Shown here: piece by piece, positions 37,701-51,417 of the stretch
Position numbering within the stretch: the stretch's first letter is position 1
How the letters are laid out: every line of letters begins with the position of its first letter
Assembly: GCF_964204645.1 (NCBI RefSeq)
Contig: NC_134027.1
Coordinates: 19,802,560 to 19,866,559, forward strand
Length of the DNA stretch: 64,000 bases
Reading direction: 5' to 3'
Source of the DNA: Tubulanus polymorphus
Lineage: Eukaryota; Animalia; Nemertea
The notes under the pieces: generated by a model
The model's database searches: none
Told to the model about the DNA's origin: nothing
What the model saw: only the letters and a program-made list of their open reading frames with translations
Position numbers and translations under genes: made by a program

Positions 37701-40700
37701 ATTTTGTATAAATCAGACGTAACGTTTAGTATAACATCTGACAGCGAAGATACTGTTGCTGCATGCTACCTTCAAGACAGGATACCAAATGTAACTCGCG
37801 CTGAGTTCTTCACCTTTTAGATCAGTTAAATTCAAACAAACCTAAAGACAAGTTATTATTACTGGGTGACCCAACCTTCCATATGGATGATACGTCCCAC
37901 CCAGATACTATTCGTCTACCGTCTCTCCTCAACGATTTCGGACTATACCAACACGTAGATAAACCCACTAATGAAAAAGGTAATATTCTTGATCTTATAA
38001 TATACAGACCGAATGATTCTGTAGTTAGCGACATTGCTGTGGGTTTTGCAACATCGGACTATTTTGAAGTTAAATTCTCTTTGAACGTACGTAAGCCGAC
38101 TGCTCCACGAAAAAATGTTGTGTATCGAAATTTTAAAAATGTGACCTGTACTGAAGTTAGTGCTAAGATGGCATCAATCAATTTGACTGAATCACCTAAA
38201 TTGACGATATGATGCATTGCTATAACGCTGCCCTGACCGGTGTCGTCGATAAACTAGCACCCGCTAAAAATGGTTAACACCTGATATTATAAATGCCAGG
38301 AAACTGGAACGTAAACTCGAGCGAAAATAGCGTAAAACTAGATTGACCATAGATCGTGAAATGTGGAAACACCAGTCAGTAGTAGTTGACAGGTTGATGA
38401 AAACTGCCAAGATTGAACACTTCTCGATTAATTCTGACGATATAAAGAATGGTGACTTGTTTATATCAGTGAGAGCCCTTCTGTATGGACATGTTGGGAC
38501 GGAGTGGCCCGATCATGATAATGCATCGGAATTAGCAGAAAACTTCAGTACATTTTCTGTTAATAAGGTCAGAGAGGCTTCCCAATCACTAGTACGTAGC
38601 TCAAATTTTGATGCCGAAACATACAATTGTACTACTTATCTCAGCTGCTTCAGAGAAATTGATGAACATGATCAATACAATTTGATTTCTGACACGAAAC
38701 CAACAAATTGTGAGCTCTACCCGTGTTATGAAATGAGGATTTTTAGTTTAGATTTAGATTGAAGTAATAATATTAGATGATTACGATAGGACATTAGACT
38801 AGGGGAACTGGTGTTATTAAACAAATAAGAATTAGAAATTGTGTAGTTGCGATATTTAGGGACAGGATTGTATATAGTATAGTTAATGGATTATTATTAC
38901 TAGACTAGAATAACTCTTAAAATCGGCCTTAAGCCTGGGGGGAGTGCTCGTCAGTGTGAACATCTGAGATTAGTTTGGATAACAATTCAGTTAATAATTC
39001 GTACATTAGCAAAACAATTGCTCTGACTTTGGCTCTGACACATTGACACTAAACCCTCTCAACCTCTTGACACCAAGATGTTTGGATCGTAGACAAAATT
39101 GAGAATGTTCACTCAGGCAGCACATCGAACCCTCCAATCGTAGATATTTGAGAAACTAATTCAACCAATAGCTGTATAATTTTGGATCATAGATTTTGGA
39201 TAAAATAGGAATATTGTACAGAGATCATGGTCACAATTATTACGGGTCAGTCACTGCACGGATTACTTTCGCGACTGGACACGGCTTGAGCGATATAAAA
39301 TAAAGAACATATAACGGAACGCGAGCTTTTACTTGGATTTATTCTTGAGGGAACTTGGTAAGTCAAAATCAGCATGTGCTAGAGTTGTTCTGCTCTTTAC
39401 ACAGTTCAATTCAACCTGCCTTTCGCGACTTATTAACGGGAAACCTAGCTACAGATATATACGTCATCAGAGGAGAGGATTCACTCATTAAACAACATTT
39501 CATTTCACTATCATCCTATCATCAAATCCATAAAATCCTTTCACCCGCTTCCATCTACCCTTTTACAGGTCTTCCAAGCGCTATTACTCTGTTCTGAATG
39601 TGGCATAGTTCCATCACAGTTTAAAATTGCTATTTTGAGACCATTACTCAAAACGCAATCTTTGGACACCAATTTTTTCAAAATTATCGACCTGTGTCAA
39701 ACTTATCATTTCTATCCAAAGTCTTGCAACGAGTTTTCGCTTCTCAGTTAACTTCATTTTGAAAATAATTGTTTGATTGATGAATTTCAATCAGCCTATA
39801 GATAACGTCACAGTGTCGAACAGCACTTATTAGAGTACACAATTATATACTTCGAGCCCATGATGATAGAAAGTGTGTTTTCTTAGTTCTACTCGATTTA
39901 AGTGCTGCTTTCGACACTGTTGACCACTTCAAATTATTATCCAGATAGGAAAAGATGGATATTACTGTATCGCTCTAAGATGGCTTCCATCTTATTTATG
40001 TGGCAGGTATCAGAAAGTGTGCATAAATGGTTCTTTGTTCCGAGCCAGTTAAGCTAAATTATGGTGTACCACAGGGCTTGGTTTTAGGACCTTTGCTTTT
40101 CTGTGCTTATATTGCTCAAGTTTTTTAGGCATCTTACAACTGATTATCATCTATATGCAGATGATAGTCAGTTGTACATTGATTTTAACTTATCGGAACT
40201 GGTTTCTGCTTGTTCAGCTGCATCTGACATTGTAAATGAACTCAATGTTTGGCTCATAGATAATTTCCTTAAATTTAATGGAGCAAAAACCGATGCTCTT
40301 CTCATTAGCCCCACAAGCCTCAAAGTTCAGCTCCCTAATATTAAAATTATCGATACTGATATTTCCTTCTCCACATCGGTGAGAAATTTGGGGGTTATCT
40401 TTGATTCCAATTGCTCATTTAGGGAACACATTTCAAGCTGTGTGAAGTCTGCTGATTTTCACATTCGCAACATTGGTAAAATGCGTCAATATCTATCTGT
40501 TGATGCCACAAGAATTTATGTGCAGGCACTCATCACAACCCGTCTTGACTTTTGAAACTCTGTTCTCGCTGAATTACCAAAGTCCTCAACGAAACCACTC
40601 CAGCGAGTACGAAACTCAGCAGCCCGTCTAGTTAGTAAAACTAGAAAATATAAATCAATCAAACCTGCCTTTATGGAATTACATTGGTTACCCATTGGAC

Positions 40701-42580
40701 AAAGAATCCAGGAAGAAAGACAGTAAATATTTGGATGGATATATGAAAGCTGTGGGTACTGGAGTGTGTAATGTGTAGTGTAGTGTGATCTGTGTGCATT
40801 TGTGGCCAGCACACAGATCACATTGTTCATTCGGGTTTGGTCCAGGACTCGCGAGATTTTCAACAACACGGAAGTAACGTGTAATAAATGATGACTTGAA
40901 TTGCATGACTAACTACCACCCCTCATTATTGTTGGAAAACTAAACGTTCCGCACTGACTAAAAATTAGTTATAACATTTTAGAAATGGCCAGAATTTTAA
41001 CTTAGGTTCTATCTCATTTTTATTTCACAATTGCGATTGGTATAAATTTTTTTTAAACGGCCGTTAAGGCTTCATGTTTCGTCTGCAATTCACTGCAAAT
41101 AGTTACGCAACTACGCACATTTCAGTGTTTTTGGCAGCTGTACACTCAATCGGCACCGTTCGTGACTAGCTTCACTGCGGAATTATCATTAATTAACATC
41201 GCCATATCACATCATCAACTTATATTGTGCCTTAAAACCCTAACAGCCGAAATAATTGAAATGCACACACGATTTATATCATTGAAAATTGAGAGAGTGG
41301 CCGTTTTGTGTTCTGCTGCTTCGCGTAAATCCCGCGCGGTGGCGCAACCGCGCGGAGTGGGGCCGATACGTCAAGTACAAAGTTCTCATTTTCATCTGCC
41401 AGTGCATACATAATTTGGCTCCTAAATATCTCTGGGACCTCATTCATATTCATGTCCCTTGCCGCCCTCTCCGATCTTCTGCTTTTATCTCACTGACAGT
41501 CCCTAGATACATTAGAAAGTGTATCGGTTCTCGGGCCTTTTCCATCAATGGCCCGACCTTGTGGAATCAGCTTCCTGGAGACCTACGGTCTATAACATCT
41601 TTGGAGATCTTCAGGTGGCAACTTATACATTTGCTCTTTGATGAGGCTTCTCTGAGTGGTTTTTTTCATGAGCTGGATTTAGCGCTATATAAGACACTTA
41701 TTATTATTATATACTGGACGTTCAGATAATTTGTTGAAGAGATGTCATAAGATGTACTAGAGAATTATACGCCGTCCAAGTTTATTGGCCGCCCGCCTCT
41801 TGCAGTGATTCGAATGCAAACGAAGGTATATCGATTTATGTTACCCTTTTTTATATTTCAGGTAGTTGGGGTAGGAGGGATATCATTTTTCCAGGTTCTT
41901 TAAATAATGCATGACTGGAGACTTTAAATAATGCAAACCTCGATCGCTTTGAGCTAGTGGTCATTCTTAGAATAACAGTCAAAATCCATCTTACTGGTGT
42001 AAGGCTCTTTTGATTTCTCAATTTTCATTCCGGAAATATTTAACCTGCATGTACTAAGAAGTTCATCCTACTAGCCATCTCGGCCTATTTGGCCTGTCAT
42101 TTGGAAGCGTTACTTACCACCGTATGTTGGACAATCGCTTATTCTAACGCATTTTTGATCGGTCGTGTTCACTTTACAGCCGGCTTCTATATAGAACGAA
42201 TACAGAGCCGGCGTCCCGTGCACACATCTGCAAGAAATATATATATATTGAAAATGTAACGCTTCCTTCAAATCGATTGTCTCCTTATCTTATTTCCCCA
42301 GCTCTGTTGTTCGTATGGTGAAACTACGGTATATATCACGGATTACGGTTTACGGAAAACCCCAACTTTAAGCCTCGTGACTGTGAATATGAGAATCATG
42401 AAATAGGAAGATTTCCAAATAATTGTCTGTGAATTTCGTTGGAACTTACTCGAGACCTCCGGGCGGTTTGATTTCACTTATATCGGGAGGGTTTGGAGGA
42501 TCCGGAGGGCGTTCGGGTCTTGTTGTTGGGTGGCCGCAAGAGACACCAATAAGTAAAAACACGACGGCGAACAGACACAT
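34760..42580 (-). CDS. Spliced host gene for a small secreted cysteine-rich (VWC/FN1-like) protein
   Basis: Phase-consistent GT-AG exons 42613-42450 (ATG 42580, signal peptide [16 protein letters not shown]), 42044-41995, 37688-37566 and 36410-36331 ([27 protein letters not shown]); terminal exon 34947-34760 ([18 protein letters not shown]..stop). The link between 36331 and 34947 is unresolved. Confidence 0.65.
38724..39543. mobile_element. Solo LTR (820 bp) nested in the LINE
   Basis: TG...CA ends with a 4-bp TSD CCCG (38720-38723, 39544-39547); removal restores the LINE frame CELYP-LPSTLL; internal AATAAA at ~39299. Confidence 0.8.
40711..41372. other. Unclassified ~660-bp insertion in the LINE
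   Basis: Splits [10 protein letters not shown] from YKVLIF; no clear TSD or TIR. Confidence 0.6.
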
Positions 42581-42818
42581 TTTTCGTTCACGATTAAGTT
42601 GTCAATCTTCAGACTGAAATAAATATTAAAGACTTTATTTATTGAATTATTTTTTTTAATTATCCATAAAGCGTCCACTTTGTATTAATACAAGTCACAG
42701 TAGAATTGTAAGAACAAGAGGTCTAGGGATACATGCCCGCTTTGTGAAATGCTTGATAGTCTAACAGTATCAATAGTCAATGCCTCCTATAGTGAGCATA
42801 TAAAAGAAACCAGTGACT

Positions 42819-43013
42819 TTAAAACTCACCAAACTCATAAAGTTTGGTATGGGATACTGGTCTATAATTAACTGGGGTAAAGATATGCCTAGGATACAAT
42901 ATGGATATACCATGTAATTCTTCAAAATAAAAGTAAAGCGCAGCTAATATCAATCCTCCAGCAACTAAATAATGCTTTAAATCACTTTTTCCAGTTGGAA
43001 TGAAATCATTCAT
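42819..43013 (-). CDS. Small single-TM protein, probably Polinton
   Basis: 64 aa; hydrophobic LVAGGLILAALYFYF; preceded by AATTTTTTCCTAAATAATAAATG. Confidence 0.5.
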   Translation of the reverse strand: MNDFIPTGKSDLKHYLVAGGLILAALYFYFEELHGISILYPRHIFTPVNYRPVSHTKLYEFGEF

Positions 43014-43854
43014 TTATTTAGGAAAAAAATTATAAGATTTGAAAATATTTGAAATATATAATTAAATATTTACTAGATTTGATTCTAAGTATTTCATCGA
43101 TTGATTTAAGTACTTTAACATTTGAGATTGAATACATTTATTAGACAACCTAATCTATTTTCAATATAGAATTATTCCACTTTTCATAGTCTTTATGTTT
43201 AATTGTTTGATAATGCTTTGATTTATGTGATCATGAATATTTGCCTCCTCAATAACAATACACTTTCGTTAGGATTAAATTTTGTAAATGCATTATCTAA
43301 TTCACATTGCAATCCAATATTTGATGAATTTTCATTTTAGATAATTTGCTAATTATCAAAATTAAAATAATATAATTTTCGTTTTTCAATTATTAATTTT
43401 ATCCTATCATTATAATCTTAAGAAATTATTAAATCACTTTTTCTTTCATTAAAAGGAGTTTCAAGAAAATTTATTATTTTTTCATCTAAATTACCTTTAT
43501 AATTTAAAACTATTAAATATTTAAAGATTTTTGACGCCATCATTTAAAGTTTCTATTAGTTCAGTAATTAAATACGTTTCATTTAATAATATTTCGCTTA
43601 TTTCAGTAATATTATCAATTTTATGTCTTCCATAGACTATATTTGTTACTGAGATATACTTTTTAATATTAGATAGTGAAAATAAGTTATTAGTTTATAA
43701 TATATATTTCTTTAAACTCACAGTAGAATCGTAAGAACAAGAGGTCTAGGGATACATGCCCGCTTTGTGAAATGCTTGATAGTCTAACAGTATCAATAGT
43801 CAAAACTATATATAAAACTATATATATACTGGATATTGCCCAATTTATATATAC

Positions 43855-43857
<3 letters not shown>

Positions 43858-43935
<78 letters not shown>
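43858..43935. repeat. (TA)n microsatellite
   Basis: Seen directly. Confidence 0.98.
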
Positions 43936-43939
<4 letters not shown>

Positions 43940-43944
43940 ACATT

Positions 43945-46473
43945 ATATGAAATTGAGCAATATCCAGTAACTATAAAAATGATACCTCAAATAGAAAAAG
44001 TTGATAATTTAAAAATAAATGTATTCGAATTAATGCAATTACCAGAGGCAAAAGGTGAAAATATTAAAAATTATACATTAGAAGCTTTATATTTATCAGA
44101 ATATAATGAGATCTATTATATTATAAAAAATGATGAAAATGAACATTATATGTGGTTAAAACCAATAGATTTATTCTTTAGAACAGAGAGTGATTTTAAC
44201 AGTCATAACAAAATATATTTATCTAGAAAATGTTTACCTAAATTAAGAACTGAAAATGCATTACTAAAACATAAAGAATTATGTGATAATTAAGATTTTT
44301 GCAAATTAATAATGCCAACAGAAAACGATTATAAATTGAAATTAACTAATCACAAATTTGAAAATGTAGTACCATTTGTAATCTATGGGGATTTTGAATC
44401 GTTGAATAAAGAATTAAATGATCAAGATAGAAAAGAAATATATAACAAAAAGCAATTTCTAAGATCAATGGACAAATGAAATGAATTAAATGAAGACATA
44501 ATTCAAGACCCACCAATCTTAAATACAATTTAAAAAGTTCATCAAAGAGCTGCTGCTTATGGAATTTATATAAAATCAAATTATCCTGAATTATATGAAA
44601 GTCAATATATATAAAAAAAAATAATATTGACTAAAGAAGATGAAGTTGATTTTAATTATGCAACTCATTGTTGTTATTGTGAAAAACGTTTTCATTCATT
44701 TGATAAAAAAGTTAAAGATCATGATCATTTAAATTCAAAATATCGTCGAGCTGCTCATGAAGATTGTAATTTGCAAGCTAAAACAGTTAATTTCGTACCA
44801 ATATTATTTCATAATTTATCAGGCTATGATACTCATCTATTTATAAAACAATTATCAGGAAAATTAGGCGCAATTAATCAAGAAATAGAAGAATATAATG
44901 CTATAAATGATGCGAATATAAGAAAATATGATTTAAACTATTAGCTAAGACATCTGAAAATTACATTTCATTTCAATTTGCTTATTTGAGATTTTTAGGT
45001 TTCTAGTAAGTTTTTGAAAAATGAGTATGTGGAAAAAGAAGAATTTTTTAATAGAACATTAAATATTTGGAATCATTTTAAGATAAAAAATCATGGTGAA
45101 TTAGTAGATTTATATTTAAAATCAGATGTTATGATTTTGGCTGATATTTTTGAAAAATTTAGAGATTGCTACTCTAGTCCTGGTTTAACTTGGCAATGTG
45201 GTTTAAAATATACTAATGTAGAATTAGATCTATTAAAAGACATAGTTTTATTATTTGATAAATCAATTATAGGTGGAATTAGTGGTGTTATGGGAGATAA
45301 GTATTTTAAAGCAAATGATGAATATGAATTATCATATATTGACGCCAATAATTTATATGGTTGGGCAATGATGCAATATCAACCATACAAAAATTTTATA
45401 TTAACAGAAGTTGAAAATGATGATAAAACTGATTGGGAAAGCGCAATTATGAGTTTTAAAGATGATGCACCTATTGGTTATTTCTTTGTAGTTGACTTAG
45501 AATATCCTGATAACATAAAGTTTAAAACAAGAAACTTACCTTATTTCCCAGAACATTTAGCTGCAGATTATAGAATACTCCTAATAATAATCCTAAAGAT
45601 TTGCTATAGAATATAATGAGGAATTCTATATTCATGCAATAGTGAAAAGTAATACTTCAACCAAAGAAAAGATAGTACCAGATTATGTATTAAATGCAAA
45701 ATATAATCTAAGAAAATGGTTCTTCATTGGATTCTACGCAGCAGATGGTGCTAAAAAATTTACGAGTTTTCCAGTAATAATATTTGCACAAAAAGGAAAA
45801 GTTGGTGTATCAGGATTAAATCTATTATGTAATTTATTAGGCTTCAATATGAATATTGAATTAATTAAATCTAAACCAAATTGTTTTAATTTAAGACACG
45901 GAGAAGAAGAAATAACTGAAGAAGTTAGAGATTTATTTGAAATATATAACCCATCAGATTATGTTTATGATTTGTCAACTGAAGATGGAACATTCAATTC
46001 TGTGTTTCCATTAATTTGCGTCAATACGGATGCATACATACTAAAAGTCAAGACAAATAACATAAAAAAGACTTAAAAACATTAAAACATCATTTTGACT
46101 TAAGCAATTATCCAAACGATCATGAATTATTTAGCAATGATAATAAACAAATTCCTGGAAAGTTTAAAGATGAATTAGGGGGTGATGAAATGATTGAATT
46201 TGTTGGGATAATGTAAGAAAAATGTATAGTTATAGAACTAAAGATCATGAAGCTAAAAATTTAAAAGGAATAACAAAGCATGTGGTTGATAAACATATAG
46301 AATTTCAAGATTAAAGGGTTTATATAACTCAATAGTAATGAAACATAAAATGGATTAAGATCAGAAGATTACGAGATTCATTAATGAAGTTGAAAAAAAC
46401 TAGCTTAAATCCATTCGATGATAAAAGATATATTTTGGATGATGGAATAAAAACATTACCTTATGGTTATTAA
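43945..46473 (+). pseudogene. polB: pPolB with internal deletions and C-terminal intein remnant
   Basis: Fragments match the pPolB of A; intein remnant ~45569-46025 (FFIGFYAADG, YVYDLSTEDG, LICVN|TDA). Confidence 0.92.
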
Positions 46474-47354
46474 AACGTAAAATCAGCATCATCATACTCG
46501 AGTTCACTATTGGCTTCTACATTTTCATCTAATTGTTTTTCTATAAATTCTTTAGGTTCTTCCATTTCATTTTTCTAATTTAAATTAAATTCTATATTAT
46601 TCCACATTTCCACATCTCGCTCTTTTTGTTTCTTTTTATTTGTTAATTCATCAAATGGAATTATAATATCGATGTTCAAAAAATGTGCAATTTTATTCAA
46701 AAAGAATTCATAATTGATTGAATCTGTTATTTTATTCTCCACGCAATATTTCGATATGCTTGTGAATGTTTCTTTTATATTTTCCATATCTTCTTTTGTT
46801 AATTTATGTTTTTTCTAATAATCGTTAAATAATAAATATAAATACAGTTTCCTTTCTTTTGTGTTACATGTTGATGGAATAATTGTTTTAATCATATCTT
46901 TCCTAGTTATTTCACCATTTTTATTTTCTATTAATTTCATTTTTCAAGCCATTGCATATATTCTGGTGTATGATCTTCTATTGAAAATATTTTAAAAATT
47001 TCATCTAGATATTTTAATTTTGGTTCTATAAGAAAATCTCTAGTTTCTTATATCTAGTTTTTTCATCACCCCATAAATTTCTTTGCCATCCATATTCATT
47101 ACAAAATATCACAGAATCTTCTTGTTTTAAATACTCGTAAATACATTGTGGGCATTTTTTTCTATCATATCTTGGCAATAGATGTTCATTAAGTTCTTGG
47201 TATTTACTTACGTTTTCTTTATGTTTTATGTTTTATTGAATTACTTGTTGTAATAATCAATGTACAATATTTACAATAATATGTTTTATTTTTTTATTCT
47301 AACTTTGCAAGTGTTTCTGGTAACGTTTTCTCATATTTTATTATTTCTAATATT

Positions 47355-47780
47355 TTATTTTTTCTTTTCATTAAATTCTGTTTCAAATTTATAAGAAATT
47401 GTATTTAAATGTACTTCATTTAATTGGTTTTTCTCCCAATCTTCTATATTTTGAGGGCTAAATTTTATTCGACAATGCTCACAGAAATGATTCTTTATAT
47501 CATTCTTGTCATAAAATATAAAAGGTCTTTTCCAAATCATTTCAGGTTCAGTTTTAACAGAATTATTAGTACTTACGTTACTATCAACATTAACCATTAA
47601 GTTATTAATTTTACACTTCTCGGAATGTTTTTTAAAATAATTTCTAGAGAATGTTTTATTACAATTTGGACAGTTTATTTTAGGGGGTTTATAATTTTCA
47701 TCATTTTTTTTCATACTTCGAGCCACATTACTTTTTCTTTGTAGTTTACCACAAATTTCAGATTGTATCTTCTCGTCCAT
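47355..47780 (-). CDS. Polinton zinc-finger protein
   Basis: CPNC..KKHSEKC and CEHC..H motifs; TAAATG start. Confidence 0.6.
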   Translation of the reverse strand: MDEKIQSEICGKLQRKSNVARSMKKNDENYKPPKINCPNCNKTFSRNYFKKHSEKCKINNLMVNVDSNVSTNNSVKTEPEMIWKRPFIFYDKNDIKNHFCEHCRIKFSPQNIEDWEKNQLNEVHLNTISYKFETEFNEKKK

Positions 47781-47829
47781 TTATGTAGGAGAAATTTTGT
47801 TCCGAGGTAATTTTTTTGTGTAATAAATA

Positions 47830-48598
47830 ATGGTTGAATTAAAAAAATTTAGAATATATGTTGATTCTCGAAAACTTACAAATTATATATATCTCATAAT
47901 TTACTAGTACAATTAGATAGAGAATTTAAAAATTGTGTAGATTTAAAATAAGTAAATATAAGTTTATGTAATTCTTTTCATAATATATCGGATAAAAGTC
48001 TTGAACATTTATTTTTTTCAATTTTTATTAGGAATAAGAATTAATGGAATCATCTATCTTTAAAACCAGGATTAAATAATTTAGAATCATTAGCGCAAGA
48101 AATTGATACAAAAGCTCTGGTTAGATTAGGTAGTGATGCTGGATTTAACATTAAATTTTTAAAAAGTGATATTTCTAATAAAATGAAGATAAGATTAACT
48201 CATGATGAAAGACATCAATTTTTAGTTAAAAAACCTGTAGCAAAACTGTTAGGAATTACGCCAGATAAACTTTATTCAAATGTTGATACTACACCAAATA
48301 TAATCCCTTTTACCCACCTTTATATTTATTGCAATTTAATTGATCCTACAAAGACATTTGAAGCAACTAAACATACAATTTGTAATTCTGGTTTATTGAA
48401 AATTCTACCATTAAAAATGTTAAACAATTTGGAACACAAATAAATTATTATTTAGCTGAACTATTTAGCTGTGATTTCAAACCTTGTATTTCACGATTCA
48501 TTCATTTCAAATTAGAAGTAAGAAATCATAATGGTTACTTCATTGATTTAAATAATTTTCCTGTAATTTATGAATTAGTCATAAGATGTAAAGAGTAA
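47830..48598 (+). pseudogene. Putative minor capsid protein
   Basis: Colinear with 14795-15554; multiple stops. Confidence 0.8.
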
Positions 48599-48615
48599 TT
48601 TTTTGATATATAAAT

Positions 48616-49641
48616 ATGAATATAACAGTAGGACCGAGTATATGTTTTGGATTTGATTTTAAACGTGAAAAAGAAATGAAATATAATATCAATGATGTCA
48701 TAACTCATATCAAAAATACTGCATTTTTTAATGAAACAACATTTGATAATGAAACAACAATACATAAAGAAACTTATAATGTAGAAAAGATAACTGATCT
48801 AATTAGGGAATCTTTAAGATTTTATGAATTAGATGAAGATTTTATCATTGATGATATTTAAAGAATAATAACTGAAATATATTAAAATGAAACTAATAAT
48901 ATTATAAATGTTGAAATAATTATAAATAAGATAACTAAATATTTTGAAGATTGTAATTTTCTTTTACTTAATAAATGGCGGATCAGAAGTGGATAATAAC
49001 TGGTTTATATAATGGAGCATTACTATCAGTTGGAACTGTTGGTTATACAATGATATTTTAAAAAGTATTTAAAATGGGAAGTATTAACGTTGATAGATTT
49101 GATATCGATGATATTTTAAAATTAACATTAGCAGTTACTTTATCTAATTTAACAATTGATTATTTAGTAAAACAAAAATATATTCCTCCTATTGACGGGT
49201 AATTTTTTTGTTAAATAAATGGCATCTGCAATTATAACTATTAAAGGATCGGCAATTGTTAACGCTTTAGCATTTACATATGGTGGTTATTTATCTAAAC
49301 ATATTGATAAAAACGGTTCATTATCAGAACAAAAAAGACATAACTTAGCATTAGAGAAATATGATAAAGCAGCAGAAGAATATAGAGAAAAGAGACAAAA
49401 TCATATGGATTATATTAATAAAGATTTATATAATCCAAATATTTCACATAGAAATTTTAAGTCAGTCGATGATGCTATGAGTTTATATAATGCAATAACA
49501 AATAAAGAAACATTACATCTATATAAATCTACAATATCAGATTATTATACCCCAAGTAATGAACAAAAGAAATATGAAATAATATGGATTTTAGGTGGAA
49601 CAATTATTGTTATATTTGTAGCATATAAATTTACTAATTAG
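48616..49641 (+). pseudogene. Three small Polinton genes (48616, 48975, 49219)
   Basis: Homologous and syntenic with 14778, 14421 and 14175 of element B; 49219-49641 is open. Confidence 0.8.
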
Positions 49642-49660
49642 TAATTTTTTCATTATATAA

Positions 49661-51417
49661 ATGGAGGATAAAATTGATGGTGTTGATATTATTCCTTATG
49701 ATATAAATAAAACTAAATTAAAAACATATTTAGAAAAAAAAATATTAGAATTTGAAAATGATTTAAAAGCAAGAAAAAATATTTAAAAAGCAAAATTATA
49801 TATTATTTTATTATTAGTGGTTCAGTTACAATTAGTTCTGTGATAACATTTTTGTAATATTTTCACCATTAACACCTTTAGCTATCTCAATTGGTGTGCT
49901 AGTATTATCATCAAGTGTTTTAACCGTAATGAGTTCAAAATCAAATATAAAAAGTAATAAAGAAAAAATTAAATCTAATACAAAAGAAATAAATAAATTA
50001 AAAATACATTCGATTATATGATAAGTTTAAATGGTAATATAACAATTGAAGAACAACATAAATTATTAAAAGAATTAATTGATTACTAATTTTCTTATTA
50101 TATAAATGGTAGATAGTTTTCCAAAAGCATTTCAATATAATAAATCAATTAAATATAATATTCCAGCAATAGATTTTGATAAAAATATTACATATAGAAA
50201 TGAAGTTTTAAATTAATTAATTAATTTAGATATATATGTTACTGAAACTAATAATTCTAATGTAAAGATGGAAAATTTCATGTATACTTAATTAATTTCT
50301 AAAAATTGAAAGATGAAAAACAATGGTTATTAAAATCTAATATGAAGTATTGGCAGAACTAATTAAATTTTGCAATTTATTGTGCAACAACAGGATGTGG
50401 AATAAGTTGGAACGACCATTTAGATAATTCAAAATATAAATTAATTCAAAGTTTATTTAGATTTCATACATACTTTCAAATAAGATTAATATTAAATGAA
50501 TTAGTGTCCTTTACCAGAATCTAGATATTTTAAAGAATAAGATAATAATATTAATCCATCAAAGTTTTATATAGTTTGCAATGAATTTAATATAGATGTA
50601 AATAATTCTGATTTTCGAACAAAAATTGGAACAATAAGATCAATTCCTTGTCCTGAAAATATTTTACGATATTGCACACTTCCCATACCATCTAATAGTT
50701 TTTATAATATCTATAATAATAGATTAGGTTATGGTAAAATAGAAAATATGGATTTGAAAACATTAAATTTCAATAAATTACCGAAATTTTATGATAATTT
50801 AAAACAAGAAAACAATTATGGTTGGGTTTATTTCATTTAAGAAAATAGTGAAGGTTTTACGAAATCAGGTATACAAAGAATAAATCAATCTATACGAACA
50901 TATTTGATTTGTATATTAGGATTACAAGTTGAAACAAGATCCCCAATAATTGGAAATTTAAATACATCATTTGATAGACAAAATAAATTCAAAGTTTTAT
51001 TTTAAGATTCTATTCATAATGATAAAAATAGATCCATACCAGAAAATATAGCAAGATATCAAAATTATTTAGATAAATCTCATGTAAAATTAAATTATTG
51101 TATAGGTCCTAATTTATTAATAATTTCTGATGGTTTAATCTTAAAAATTGGAAATATAATTGGTTATAATAATTTGATTAAAACTGCAACAATAAATAAT
51201 AAGTTTATCACTGCTTCAAAACTAATGGAATGTGAATAAATCATCAAAAAAATATTCAATCAACAGAAACTAAAACAAAGAATATTAAATTAAATAATGA
51301 TTCAGAAATTAAAAAAACTGATAATATTCAGCATGAAATGATTAAAACTAATAACGATAATAAATCACATGAAAATACTAAATTAGCTATAACTTGTATA
51401 GGTATTATAATATGATG
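49661..51417 (+). pseudogene. Two further decayed Polinton genes (49661-~50088; 50106-~51417)
   Basis: Both start at AATTTT..TATAAATG; the second retains LNFAIYCATTGCGISW..FRFHTYFQIR and GFTKSGIQRINQSIRTY, motifs recalled from invertebrate Polintons; function unknown. Confidence 0.65.

Larger units (their letters stand above)
37800..41710 (+). mobile_element. CR1/L2-clade LINE ORF2, decayed, antisense within a host intron
   Basis: APE remnants ([19 protein letters not shown]); RT remnants ([31 protein letters not shown]); tail LHWLP..YKVL..LAPKYL; ends in (ATT)n; two nested insertions. Confidence 0.9.
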
